From the NCBI RefSeq assembly GCF_009914755.1, contig NC_060929.1: a stretch of 64,000 bases of DNA. One strand, given 5' to 3'. Under the pieces are notes generated by a model. That model was not told the DNA's origin, searched no databases, and saw only the letters and a list, made by a program, of their open reading frames with translations. The DNA is from the human T2T-CHM13v2.0 reference genome, Homo sapiens. Positions 1 to 15,320 of this stretch are shown here, one piece after another. Both the position numbers and the translations under genes were made by a program. The number at the start of each line of letters is the position of its first letter. Positions within the stretch are counted from its first letter, which is position 1.

Positions 1-1089
1 GTTCCTTTACTGCCTTGTCTTTCATTCAATTCTCCTTCAGGAAGCTGTACAGCTGGGACTCAGCACCAAGCAGAAGAAACCACGGGGAAGTGACTACTTT
101 TACATGGCACTTACTGTCTGGGAACCTCTACTAGGTTGTGGAAAGCACACACAGAAACCAGAAGACAAATTCTTTTGCTTTAGTGCTGCAAACACCCAGG
201 ATGGCAACTGGAAGGCTGAACAATGTGTAGTGTTAACGCAAAAGCAGAATAAGGCGGGGGCAAAACCTCAAGACCACATTCTCCTAGTGACAGTAGTCTG
301 GCTAGATTTAAGTGCCACCCCAGGCATCAGAGAATTCAGCCACCCGGCAGCTCCTGAAAGGACTCAACTCTCATTTTGGCTCCAACATTCAGGTGATCCA
401 CTGCCCTGAGGGTTTCTACTCCCAACCCACGGGATAATGCGAGATCAACTCAAGCCAATCCGGGTACCTCTCAAAGCACCCAACTTACTAAGAAGAGTAA
501 GGAAAACTGAAGTGCACTGATTTAAAAGTGTCGTATCAAAATGATTTAAACCTAAACTGTGTTCTAAAACAAATGCTCAAGCCACTGAGGCATATTTTAA
601 TCTCCTTCAGGTTGCCCATTGGGAAAGTCTACTGTTTGTTCCCTATTGCCTTTACGTTTAGATAATGCTCAATCCTATGGTGGTCTGCATGCCAATGGCA
701 GGGTTGCCTGGGGCTTCCAGGGTCTAGTTGACAACTCTGTGTCTCTCCAAGGGAAGCCAAGGGGTCTGGCTGCTCATGGCCACAGGTTGCCATTTAGTGC
801 ATTACTGCTCTGTGACCTAGCATAACTTACGCTACTTGGGATGAACGTTCTTCCACTTATTGAAAATCTGCTCCATGCCAGAAACCATGCTAGGTGGGAG
901 ATGGTACCAAAAGGAACTCACAGACAAGAGGAAAAAGATGTGCACAAACAAGTACGTAAAGCTCACCATGACAAGTCCAATGTGTTGTGTGAGCACAGAG
1001 AAGTGGCCATTCATTTTGCTGCGAAGCAAAAAAAGGTTACACTCTGAAAAGCCTCTCATTCAGACAGTTGATAAACAGGTGAAATTTGG

Positions 1090-1401
1090 GGCCAGGTGTG
1101 GTGGGTTATGCCTGTAATCCCAGCACTTTGGGAGGCCAACGCAGGCGGATCACTTGAGGTCAGGAGTTCAAGACCAGCTTGGCCAATATGGCGAAACCTT
1201 GTCTCTACTAAAGATACAAAAATTAGCTGTGTGTGGTGGCACATGCATGTAGTCCCAGCTACTCAGGAGGCTGAGGCAGGAGAATGGCTTGATCCTGGGA
1301 GATGGAGGTTGCAGTGAGCCAAGATCACGCCACTGCACTCCAGCCTGGCCTACAGAGCAAGACTCCATCTCAAAAAAAAAAAAAAAGAAAAAAGAAAAAA
1401 A
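1090..1401 (+). mobile_element. Alu SINE (AluS-type), full length
   Basis: GGCCAGGTGTGGTGG start, dimeric Alu body, A-tail; TSD GAAATTTGG at 1081-1089 and 1402-1410. Confidence 0.96.
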
Positions 1402-2834
1402 GAAATTTGGGCTGGATCTTAAAGGAGGAAAAGGAATTCTAAAGCACTGACCTAAACAGAAGAGAAAAGGGTGTTGAAACAAAGGAAAGAGGGCTGAGTA
1501 ATGAGAAAGCCAGCCATGCCCAGGAGCAAGCCAGCAAGGTAAACATCTTTATCAGGCCACTCACAACAGCCACAGGGACCAATTTACACCTTTCTTAGAG
1601 AAGATGCTGCCCCACATTTAAGGATTTTCTTTCTATTGAATGAGAACATCGGGTGGTTATCAGAGTGCATTGTCATATCTAGGTATAAGGACAACCCACC
1701 TGGCTGTGAGCAGTCCCAGGTCCCTCGCTTGCATGAGGTGCTTCTTAACAAAATGCAGAAACCATAGGCCAGCTGTCAACTCAAGAGTCTGATTCCCAAC
1801 TCACCTGAAAAACAATTGGAAAAAGTCATTTTTATTATTAACGGGAGTAGCCAGTCTTTCGATGGTTCCAACAGAAACCTGCAGTCTATGGCTAAGCTCT
1901 TTGGTCTCAGAGCAGAAAACAAGTCTAGTGTTACCTGGCCAAGGGGCTGGATCAAACAGACCTAGGTGACAATGCTAGTTTACAACTCAGTGACAGGGTA
2001 ACTGCAGCCAGGTAGCTAACCTACCTGTGCTTCAGTTTCCTCCCCTGCAGTACCTACCTCAGAATGATTAGGAAGGTCTTCTATATGCCAGGTACCTTCT
2101 ATATGCCTGGAAATGCCTGCATAAACATGTGATGGGTTCCCTGCCCTCAGGGAGCTTACAGTCCACAAAGAAAAATAAATAGGTCGCATTCACGACTTTG
2201 ATGCAGCTGATAGGAGCTGAAGGGAGGAAAATACAAGGGTATATATGAGCCTTTGCAGAGGCACCAGCTGATTTCAGAGGCATCAAAGGAAGCTCCTCAG
2301 AGCAAGTGAGGGCTAAAATGAGGAGGTGGCCAAACTAGAGGGCAAGCAAAGAGCATGCCAGGCAAAAGGAACAGCAAGACGGGGGGGTCCTGGAAGCAAG
2401 GACACAGTTCACAAAAGAAAGAAGTTGGTGCCCACTGAAGCATTTCAGGTCACAAGAGGCCTTCTTGCAGCTGCTTTAGGAGAGTTTCGACTGGACCTTA
2501 AGGCTAATGCAAGCTCTGACACAGGAGAGGAGACTGTGATGGTTCAGACAGCTTTCAGCAACACCAGAGAGGAGAATAAACTGGAAGGAGGCAACGACAC
2601 CCCATCTTAGCTGCCCCAAATGCCACATCCTGGTCGGTTGTGAGAGGACAGAAAGACAACCCTCATGGTCAGAAGTGAAGCTGAGCTCCCTCCAGCATCT
2701 CCAGTGAACCACTGCTTCTGAAGCCCAGGTTCCTCCAGCATGAGGTGGTTCCTGCCAGGCAGACACCAGCTCAGTGCCACTGCCTCAGGGGCAGAGTCTG
2801 CCTGCCTCAACACACCCCCACCAAATGCCTGGGT

Positions 2835-2980
2835 GGCACCGTGTAGTGCAGCAGCATCACCTGGGAACGTGTCAGAAACACAAAGTCTCCACCATCCCAG
2901 ACCTAGGGACTCAGAATCTCTGGGGTGGGACCCACATTCAGTGTTTTCACAAGTCCTCTGGGTGACGGTGATGCTTGCTA
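2835..2980. mobile_element. MER5-like hAT-Charlie MITE relic
   Basis: GCAGCATCACCTGGGAAC...TCAGAATCTCTGGGGTGGG resembles the MER5A core; boundaries approximate. Confidence 0.6.
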
Positions 2981-4944
2981 AGGGCAAGTCCTGGGGGACA
3001 GAGTACAGAGATGGCCCAGCCTGCTAACCCAGCAGCAATTCTGTGCTCAAGGCCTCACACTCCATAGTGCTTTGAAGCCCATTTCTGTTGTAAAAAATAC
3101 ACAAAGCTGGTTTTTACGCATGGCACCATTCCTAGTCCTGTGGACCAATGGGGTAGGGGACTGAGCCACCTTCAGGGTAGGGAGGTGGAGATGGGAGTGC
3201 AGGCAAGGCCCTTCCTCTTCTCCTGGGCCCTCATCTGTTTTAGGACAGGCAAAGGGAACTCGAGCTTCAAGGAAAGAGAATGCATGCTTCTCCTTTTAGA
3301 CATTTCTCCTCCCACCTAGATACAGAATCTGACCACTCCATAAATGAAACAGTGAGGTCGCCCTGGAAGGCTCCATGTGGTTTTATTAGAGGGTCAAGTT
3401 TCTTCCTGGAGAGTGAAATGAACTCTGTGGTTACAAAGACACCAAGGCCCAGGAGCCATAAAGTAATTCAGGATTCAGAAGAGCCCAGTTTATCTGCCTC
3501 TTTCTTTGAATATCTATCTTCTCCTTACCAAAAGAAAAAAGATTACCCCTCCCCCCAAAAAAAGCATATTTCTGTAAACAGCAGACAAGTTCTCACATTC
3601 TTGTTTGTGTTTTTATAGCTCTTGCTTTCTTTACAAAAGGGGTTAGGGGGCGGTGGGGAGGCCAAAGCATCAAAATAGCACTCAGGTCATGAAGGGAGAT
3701 GATGCTCCACTCAGTTCCCAGGGCCTGCCCCCAACACCAATGCCACCGTGAGGGTGGCTGTGCTGCAGGAACTCACAGGAAGTCATGCGTGGTATGGGGG
3801 CAGTGAGGACACTGTATTCTCAGTGCACCTCAAGTAGTGCTGCAGAAAACCCAACTGCCACCCCAGGTTTGGGCAGCACACTGTGTTTGCATGCTGCAGC
3901 TCTCTGGCTTCCCCACCTGCCCCTGTGCCTATGGTCCCACGCCTCCAAAGGCCTTCCATGGCCAAACACACCGCCACACCTGCTAGCCCTCAACGATCAT
4001 GGCTCTTCCACCTGTCTCTCCCCACTAGACTGTGAGCTTTCCAAGGGGTGTAATAAGCATGTGTTGAATAAATGACTGAATACATAGCCATATGGACTCA
4101 CCTGGAATAAGAGTTTCAGGCCTGCATTCCATCCCCTCACCCTTTCCAATCCAAAGAGGCAAAATGATTTGCCCAAGGCCGCAGAGCAAGCTAACAGCAA
4201 AGGAAGGTCAGGGAGGCAGAACAGACAGTTCTTATCAATTTCTGCCTTTCACAGGCTGTGTTCCCATCTTTCCTGAGTACCATGCCCCCTTGAGGACAAA
4301 GACATTTTATTTGTGATAAGAATGGAATCATTTTTTGTGTGTTTCATTTCAAGAACATGGAGGAACATCTTATGAATCTTAGAATGTGGGGCACTAAGCC
4401 CAATCTAGGGACACCAGGGGAAGAAGAGTCGGGAAATGGCTGTGAGCCGTGGAGTGGGTCAGTTCTTCACAGACATTCCCAGAGTTCTGGTCCCTCGGGA
4501 GTGCTTCTGTGTAAGTCCTCTGTCGGTTCTGGTTTACTCCGACAGCAGAGACAAGAGAATCTCCCAACCCATCCCCACTCTGTTCTCAAAACATACTCCA
4601 CCACTTACACAAGCTTTGGCTTTGGCAGCAGAATGCCCAAGTTCAGTTTCTTTTTGCCAGCCAGAGGCTGAGAACTCTGCAAATGTAATGACTCTTTTCA
4701 GATACGACAGAGAAAGCATGCACTAATGCACATTACCTAGGTGGCATGCAATCTCAGGAGAGTCAAGCCCTTCTCTTCAAGTCCTCTGGGAAAGACGCCC
4801 CCAACACTCCCACCGCCCCCTCTTCCCCCAGGGAAAAGGGATGGTTTCTGCCGCTGGCCAAGCTCACCTGCTAAGCAGGTACAGAAAATGGATCATTTTC
4901 CAAGTCTTGGATTTAGCTTCTCTCTCACAACCAAACTGACTTTA

Positions 4945-5304
<360 letters not shown>

Positions 5305-5424
5305 TTATGGTGTTTAGTCTTAGTTTTCATATATAGATCACCTGGCTTTTCATTACAACTAGTATGTGAAATGGCCACATTAGAAGTGTGCCAAATGCAT
5401 CGTAAATTATATTAAAGTTCCCAT

Positions 5425-5465
5425 CACACACACAGACACACACACACACACACGCGCACACAAAC
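5425..5465. repeat. (CA)n microsatellite, interrupted
   Basis: Direct reading. Confidence 0.9.
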
Positions 5466-7132
5466 ACCAATTAAATGAATGGGAACAAGTTCTGCCTAGT
5501 GCCCTCCCAGGCATCCTGTGCTCTTCTTGAGCTGCCTGGACACCTGGTGCCTGAGGCTGCCGTCTGTGGCCCTGCCTCCTGCTCTGCCCTCCTTGAAGAG
5601 TGCCCCACACTCCACCCTATCAGAATCCACTCTTGCATACTCTGATCCTGAGAAGCATTCTATTAAGTTATTCCTGTTAACGTATAAATCACAAATGCAT
5701 TGCCTGTCCTCTGTGTGCTTACACGTCTAATAAGAGGCTTAAAGGGAAACACTTCACCCAATTTCTCTAATGGTAGAATTGTAAGTACAACAGTAAGTGA
5801 ATTCCACCTTTCGGGTAAGGAGCTACTTCTATATCCAGCTGATCCCCCCACACTGACCATTTCCTACTTCATTGGTTTCATAAGCTGACTTTGCCCCTAA
5901 GGTAAGGCTGAGATGGATCCTGCATCTTTAGGAATAGAGGTTAATTTTCATACAATTGTGGAAGGGCAAACTCCTTAACCTTCCAATTCACCTGGATCAG
6001 AATCAAGCTGGTCTGTGGAGGATGGGGCCCCTTCTTCATCCATTTCTGGTCATCCATTACTTAACAACGCTCATTATCTCCAGTGTCTGAACCAAAGTAG
6101 GAAAGAGTGGGAAAATCACTATCGAGACATTCTTAAAGACTTCTCTACAGAGGCCCAAAGCTTATGTAGTCCAGTATCTTTGAGCACTTAATAATCAGTG
6201 TCTGTAAAACCTTCCTAAAAATAAAGGCTTCACAGAACTGACTTCTTACACCATTAACAAAGGCCTCTCTGATTTGGCTCCATCCAAGATAAGAGCCTCT
6301 CTGTAAAAGCAAAAGCATGTATTAAGATAAAAAGTGAAGTGGATCCAATGGGACAGAAGACAGCCCTTCACAAGCAAGTATCTAGGAGGCCAAGAAATAA
6401 ACAGGCAAGGGTGTCCCTCAGACATGGCCAATATCACAAGCTCAGACAGACAGGTTTCTAAACTGATACTCCTCTAAATTGGTTTTTCTAGAGCCTTCCT
6501 GATCATAAGAACCACCTAGAAGCTTTGTTTAAAAGACACAGATTCCCAGGACCCACTCCAGACCTATGAAGCCAAAACCCCGGGTAGGGTCTGGTCACAT
6601 ATGTCTAGCTAGCACCTTAGCAGAGTGTCAGGCAAGTTTCAGAAATAATGCTCCAAATGAAACAATAGGCAACCTTTTAAAAGCTTTGTAATCGCATAAC
6701 CCTGAAGTTATAGGGTATGTGGGAAAATGCAGGTTTAATGGAAGGAAGTTAGAGCCTTCCTAATCTAGTTAAACTTATGGAATATAACCAACATGTAATG
6801 AGGAAATCATTTTAACTAGCTTGGGGGGAGGGGGGGAAGCCTTCCCCTATACCTTTACCATATCTCAACTGGAAGAGCTCATAACCTCCCTGCCCTAAAG
6901 GATTAAAGGCATCCCTGCACAGTGGCTCCCAACAGCTATTAAAGGCCCAAATGGAAGTGCCAGGGCTGAGGGCTCGCAGTCTCATCCTGATAGAGGCCAG
7001 CCCTAAGTAGCAGGTGACCAACTTCAAGTCAGACCTCACAGGCCCTCCTGGCATGCACGGTTCAGCCCTGACATTTCTCAGCCGCCAGATGCCTATTCCA
7101 TAGTCTCTTTCATGCTCCAGTTTAATGTGAGG

Positions 7133-7296
7133 CCTTGCTATTCAAAGTGAGCTCCACGGGAGTAGCAGGGGAAGCATCACGGAGAGAGCTTGTTAGAGAT
7201 ACAGAATCCTAGGCCCTACCCAGCCCTGCTGTATCAGAGTCTGTATTTTAACAGGATTCCAGCCAATTCTTGGGCACAGTCAAGCTTGAGAAGCCC
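7133..7296. mobile_element. MER5A-like MITE
   Basis: TTCAAAGTG...AGCATCAC...GAGCTTGTTAGAGATACAGAATC...TCAGAGTCTGTATTTTAACAGGATTCC...TTGAGAAGCCCT. Confidence 0.65.
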
Positions 7297-7506
7297 TCCT
7301 GATGGGGTAGGGACTTCTACCCACAACTCTGGAACATCAGCCTCCCCACTCGGGCACCAGCCTCTCAGAGGCCTTCCTCCCTCACACTGTTCACTCAAGT
7401 CTTGTCAGTGCTGGTTTGTCTTGGGGCCAGATCACCATCAGCAGGACCCAATGAATAGCTGACAACCCAAAGCCCAGTTTTTAGGAAGTTAAAAGGAGGC
7501 AATAAG

Positions 7507-7829
7507 GGCCGGGCGTGGTGGCTTACACCTGTAATCCTAGCATTTTGGGAGGCCGAGGCAGGTGGATCACGAGGTCAGGAGATTGAGACCATCCTGGCTA
7601 ACATGGTGAAACCCCACCTCTACTAAAAATACAAAAAAATTAGCCAGGCATGGTAGCAGGCGCCTGTAGTCCCAGCTATTCGGGAGGCTGAGGCAGGAGA
7701 ATGGTGTAACCAGGGAGGCGGGGCTTGCAGTGAGCCGAGATGGCACCACTGCACTCCAGCCTGGGTGACAGAGCGAGACACCGTCTCAAATAATAATAAC
7801 AATAATAAATAATAAATTAAAAAACATAA
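7507..7829 (+). mobile_element. AluY-type SINE
   Basis: GGATCACGAGGTCAGGAGATTGAGACCATCCTGGCTAAC; 16-bp TSD AAAAGGAGGCA(A/G)TAAG at 7491-7506 and 7830-7845. Confidence 0.95.
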
Positions 7830-10800
7830 AAAAGGAGGCAGTAAGTTCTGATTGTGTCTCACATTCTCATCTGGCTCTAACATCTGCCTCCCTTCGAGGG
7901 CAGGACTACAGACCTCGTGATCGTAAATCAGCAGAGACAATCCAAAGTCAAACAATACCATGGAATGCTGGCTCTTTGGTTCCAGCACAATGTTAATGAG
8001 GTCGAGGTCACGGGTATGATTAGCTTCCTCTGTATCTTGGCACAGACTCCAACCCTCTGCCCTCCGGCCGCCTGCAAAGGCTGACGCACCCTTGGTTACT
8101 AAGAGGACTGGAGGAGAATGACAAGGGGAGGCTAACAGAGCAGCACCAGTTAATGACTCAAAGAACCTGAGTGGCTGACGGGCTGCATGTATCAAAGAAT
8201 GACTTGTGGCCCAGAGGGAAGGCTGACAAGACAGACGACCAGGTCAGAATTCAAAACTATCTGGACAGGCCAAACATGCCAGAACTGAGAAAGCTGAAAT
8301 TTCACAAGAAGAAATGAAAGTCTCATGATCAAGGTTTCAAAAATCAAATATACACATCCCAAACTAGAGGAAATCTAATTGGATGGCAGTTATTAAGTTT
8401 TTAAAATTTTTTAAAACATTCAAGTTTTGTTGACCAATATGGATATTAAGAAAGCCAGAAGCCTCTTAGGACCAGAAGTCTAGTTTCCAGACCAAAAGGA
8501 GCAGTGGTTCTTGCCTAACATGGCTGGTCAGACTATCCTAAGAGGCCCCCCAGCCACCTGTCCACACAGGTGTACACACAAACTCTCACACCTTCCCACC
8601 ACCACCACCATTGGGGTTCTTATTATTCAGTGTGGCCTCTTCACCCATACTGTCCCTGACTACAGCTCTTTTTGGCTTGGTAACATAGTGTAAACATTTC
8701 ACACATCAGCTTAGTTCCCTCTCATGCTGCCCTTTCTTTACAATACACTTAAGCACAAGCTGGGAAAAACAAACAAACAAACAAACAAACAAAATGCATA
8801 AATAGTCAAGACAACCTAAGCACACCCACTTACCAAAAGGATTCAGATCAAAAATGACTTACAGTCACCAGTTTAAGCCGGCACACTATGCTACGAATTA
8901 CAGCATGAATCCATGCAGAGTCAGTAATTAAGTCGGTAATTATGAGTTTTCACTGCAGAAGAACCCTGAAAGGCCCACTGTAAGAAGGAGCAAATGAAAG
9001 AGTATCTGTTTAGACATACCTCTCTAGAATGTAGAATCATCTTCTAAGAACGGACAGTTGGCCATTTTAAAAAAAAACAAATGTGATTTTAGATTGTTTT
9101 TAAAGTTGTGAGCCATGTTTTTCTTACGTATCTATTTAATATACAAGTGTTAGTCATTTACAAATACAAAAACACTGCTTACTGGTAAGTTTGTAATTCC
9201 CAGACTATCCAGTCTGTTATTTTTAATTCAGAAAATGTGTTCTCTATGAGCAAGAGAAAGTTAATTTTTTAAGAAGTTATTTTGCCCTTAATAAGTGTGT
9301 GCCATGCACCACTTATCTGAAGATTGAATGAGGCTCCTGTGAATGCAATTACAGCCTTCCTTAAACAACTGGCTAAATGCCTTAAAACTAGAAAACATGT
9401 GAAATTCAGTCCAATTGCAGCCTGCCCCAGGAGAAAGGAAGCTTGAACTCCAGGTGCCCCGACAACACAGCACAGTGTGGAAAGAAAGAAAATGCTGAAC
9501 AATAGAATCAGGAGAGGAAAAAGAGTCCCTCTTAATTTTCCGGGCATGTGGGGAGCTTGTTGCTAAAGAAATATTTAAGATCTCACTGCTGGTTAAGGTT
9601 CAACTGAACAGTGAAATTAAAAAACAAAAAAAAAATCAAACATGCCAGTACAGCACTTATTTAATTCAGTATTTCTTATCAATCAGGTTTATTTCAGTAC
9701 TTCTTATCAATACAACAGAAACACCTCTCAAATCACACTTAAAATGTTTATGAAAACATACCAAACATACCCATTATAAGGGGTGGGGTCTTCCCTATCA
9801 TTCAGAGGAAGCTGCCCCATTCTGGATTTGGGTTGCAACCCCCAGTCCTAGTTACATTCCTGCAGCCTTCCAGTATTTATAACTATATCAACAATGAGTA
9901 GGAATGTCAGTTCTGTTTAAAGACAGGAACTGCCTTACAAAGGATGCACCATGGATATCAAGCAATGTATGATGTTGTGACCAAAACCACTGATCCAGTT
10001 TTGTACAAAAACCAAAATACTTCCCCAGCTCTTTAGTTCTCATTTCAAAAAGTAACATACTACTTGTAGAAAATCTGAGAAACAGAAAAATAAAGAAAAA
10101 AAATTAGTCACTCATAGCCCCATTAAGATAACCAGTTAAAATTTTAGTCTCTGTCCTTCCAACCCTGTTAAGCAGGCAAGGATGAGGTGAGGTGTTATTG
10201 CTGGTTACACAGACTAACAATGATTAATCATCCCCACTGGACTTACCCTAAATCCACAGCAGTAAGAGGAGTAACGGTTGTGCCTGCAATTCAACAAGCA
10301 TTCACTGGGGCCTGCTTGGCACACTCTCATTTATGCCACAAATGAATGAAATGCAAATTAACACCAGTAGCCCTTGAGGGCCATTTGGTAACCTCAAAAA
10401 AGAAGGTAGATAAACCTCATCCCTGGTGGACATGAAAACAAGAGTTAGTTATCCTAGTACAGAGAGTAGGAGAGCCTGGCCACCCTCTCTAAGGCAGGGA
10501 AGGAAATGTTTCAGAGGAAGGGTGTGCAAAGCAGTTGGAGATGAAGACCTGGGAACCACACACATGTGCAGCTGTCCATTAGCAATGCAAGGGTTCCTGG
10601 GAATCTGTGTGCTTTTAGGACCAGAGAGATTCAGCCCACAAGGGAAATGTTCTTAGTCCCACAAACAGGAAGAGCTTTAAAACTGTCAGAACACCCTAGT
10701 TTCCATACATCAACCTGGGCTACTATCATCCACCTATTACCCTTGTGCAGTCAAAGGCCAGACAACCTGGTTACGTCTAGTTGAACCATGCTCTGTGCTT

Positions 10801-11339
10801 AAGGCACAAGGAAAGAATTGTTTCTACTGCTGATGTCACCTCAGCGTTAAACATTGTTCATTATTAACCAGCTGAAATATTCTTCTTTCAAATACTATAA
10901 CTGGGTGCAGGTTTCCTTGCTTATTTTTTTTTAAGGTGAAGAGTTGTGAAAGTTAGTTTGACTGAACTTCCAAAGTTCACCCCCAAGTAAATACCTTGGA
11001 AGTCTTAAATAAAGTTTGACAAAAATATTTGTAAAATAGTCTCCATAAAACCACTTAATCATCATAACATGTTATTAAATCAAAGTCAGAACAAACCCAG
11101 AAGAAAAATCCAAATACACTGAGGTTCTCCTTTCTGGACCTGCCAACTGTCAAAATCAAAGTTGGGTGTTTCTCCTGATCTAGCTGATTAAAGTTTAGGA
11201 AAATGTGCAGATAACACACCTTTTTAACCGTATTCAATATTTTGTAGACATACACAAAACTAGTTTACATTCTCAGCAAGTGAAGTTCATCTTACATTTT
11301 CTTAAATATATTTATTGTATTTAAGAAAATGTACAGTAT

Positions 11340-11371
<32 letters not shown>

Positions 11372-11382
11372 ACACACACACA
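11340..11382. repeat. (CA)n microsatellite
   Basis: Direct reading. Confidence 0.92.
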
Positions 11383-11384
11383 TA

Positions 11385-11756
11385 TATGCTCAAGCTGCTA
11401 TAATAAAATACCATAGATTGGGTAGCTTAAATGACAAACATTTATTTCTCACAGTTCTGAAGGCTGGGAAGTCCAAGATTAAGGTGCCAGGAGATTTGGT
11501 TCCTGATGAGGGCCCTCTTCCTGGCTTGCAGACAGACAGTCGCCTTTTTGCTGCATCCTCACACACTGGAGAGTGAGCTCTGGTCTCTCTTCCTTTTCTC
11601 ATAATGACACTGATCTTATTATGGAGGTCCCACCCTCAGTATCTCATCTAAGCCTAATTACCTCCCAAAGGTCCTGCCTCCAAATACCATCACATAGCGG
11701 GTTAGGGCTTCAACATATACATGAATCTGGGGGACACAAATATTCAGTCCTTAACA
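11385..11756 (-). mobile_element. MaLR solo LTR (MLT1A-like)
   Basis: ATTTATTTCTCACAGTTCTG..GGCTGGGAAGTCCAAGAT..AAGGTG and CCTAATTACCTCCCAAAGG..CCAAATACCATCACA..TTCAACATAT..ATTCAGTCC are typical MLT1A reverse-strand motifs. Confidence 0.85.
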
Positions 11757-12954
11757 GACACGTGTATGGTATCAATTTTGTCAGTTACACATCCTAGCTA
11801 TCAAACACATTCACAACCATTCCAGGTACATCCCTCTTAACTAGCTCAGTTTAAAATAACAAGCAGAACTCACCAAGTCTGCAAAATAACATCAGTACAA
11901 GCCTGGTCATTTGAGGCTAAAGTCAAGGGCTTGATGGACAATCAAGCCAGTCAGGCCTGGTAAAGGGATGAAAGAGAAAATTTCACTTACAAGGACACAA
12001 ATTACTCTTGCACCTAGCATCAGTTAGTAAACCTCAACACGCCAAGCAAGAGAGGGAGGCCTCCCTACAAACACTTGCCACTACCGTAAAAAGAACTCCC
12101 TCTATCATCTCTAGCTCCAGACCTCGCCTCCTGCCTCTAAATCCCACTTTTTGCTGGACATCTCTTCTTGGAGGGCTTGTAGTTCAGTTTTGGATTCAAC
12201 TGAACTCATTACTCCTTGCCATCTCTCTCCAAACTGAGGTTCCCACAACTGCTTACCTCAATGAAAGGTGCCATGACCCATAACAGTCAAAGTGCACTCC
12301 CTCTCCTAGATGAACAGGAAGTGGGGTCAATATCTGCAGGCCTCTCCTCTCTCCACCACCCAGTCCTGCCAGGATTTCTGCACTCTGGTACTAGCCTCCC
12401 AGCTCACCTTGTTCCCCCCCCTCCTTGTTACCTAGCCCACCTTATGGCCATGGAGCTGTTTCTAAAGTGCAATATGATCACAGCATTCACCTGCTACAAA
12501 TGCTCCAACCTTCACACAGCTTTCGAGATGAAATACAGACTCCCTTCGCTCAGTGCTCAAGACCCCAAACCCTCAGGTACTTCCCAGCACAACCTTGACT
12601 CTAGTCCAACAACTACTGTCAGCGCCCTGGCTGCACTATACCTTTCCAAGCCTTCTAGACTCCAAACTTATGTGTTATCTTATCATGTATTATTGCAATT
12701 TTTAAAGTAATGAAAAAAAAAGAAAAAACAAAACCTTGAAGGTGCATGATGAACCAAGTATTCACTCTTTTCTTTCCTCTTTCAGCCACATCTTCTATAC
12801 CAAAAGAGAATCAAGTATTTCAAATGCCAGCTAAGACTCTTCTCTGGACACAATCTGGCTTTTATAAGTCGATGGTCAGATCCTACCTTTGATTCCTTCT
12901 TTGCCTTTCTAAGGCTGACATGTCTCAAATGCAGGAAAAATTGCTGTTTTTTTT

Positions 12955-14388
<1,434 letters not shown>

Positions 14389-14983
14389 GCTGTTTGTTTT
14401 CATTGCATGTGAAACAATTTGATTCACTGGCCAGTAGTTGTGCTCAGCCACTAAAACTGAATACTTTCTAAAGTACAGAAACAAATAGGCCTCCCCTTCT
14501 CCCTTTGGAAGACCCACAGGACTAGCCATACCCTGCTACCACCCCCAGCCCCAGCCAGATCACTTCCCTCTGACCAGGCTGGAGAGTGGAAGGCAAGGAC
14601 ACCCAACATGCTGCATTCCAGTACAGCTCTTCTGAGTCAAAAAGGGAGCTTCCAGGGTCTATGGAAGTCCTTTGAAAACAGAGGTGTATGGGTTTTTTTT
14701 TTTTCTTCTAATGTGTACTCTGTAAGAGTAGAGGCCTACTCTTGGTACTTGCTGTGTTACCAGAGCCCAGAACAGAGCCTGGCCCAAGGGAGTGGCTCCC
14801 TAGGTATTTGCTGAATGACTGGATAAATGAAGGAACAAACAGGCACTCTCCCTAAATTAGCAGAGTTCTTCTTCTCAAGAAGTACTATTGTGCTAAGAAT
14901 GTCTTCAGTTCACTTTTCTCTTGGGCACAATCTTAGCAAAAACTGGGAATTGCATCATTAACCCCAAGATAGACAGACAGATG

Positions 14984-14985
<2 letters not shown>

Positions 14986-15028
<43 letters not shown>
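14986..15028. repeat. (CA)n microsatellite adjoining an Alu tail
   Basis: About 21 uninterrupted AC units. Confidence 0.93.
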
Positions 15029-15029
<1 letters not shown>

Positions 15030-15030
<1 letters not shown>

Positions 15031-15320
15031 TTTTTTTGAGATAGCGTCTTGCTCTGTCACCCAGACTGGAGTGCAATGGTGCCGTCTCAGCTCGCTGTAA
15101 CCTCCGCCACCCGGGTTCAAGCGATTCTCCTACCTCAGCCTCCTGAGTAGCTGGGACTACAGATGCATGCCACCACACCCGGCTAATTTTTGTCTTTTTA
15201 GTAGAGACAGGCTTTCGCTATGTTGGCCAGGGTGGTCTCGAACCCCTGACCTCGTGATCCACCCACCTCAGCCCCCCAAAGTGCTGGGATTACAGGTGTG
15301 AGCCACTGTGGGTCCAGCCC
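15030..15320 (-). mobile_element. AluS SINE
   Basis: Reverse-complement Alu (TTTTGAGATAG...GTGCTGGGATTACAGGTGTGAGCCAC). Confidence 0.94.

Noticed and set aside
9666-9711. Short direct repeat TTCAGTA(T/C)TTCTTATCAAT twice (similar micro-duplications near 2078, 8919 and 59020)
   Set aside because: Typical slippage micro-duplications with no evidence of function
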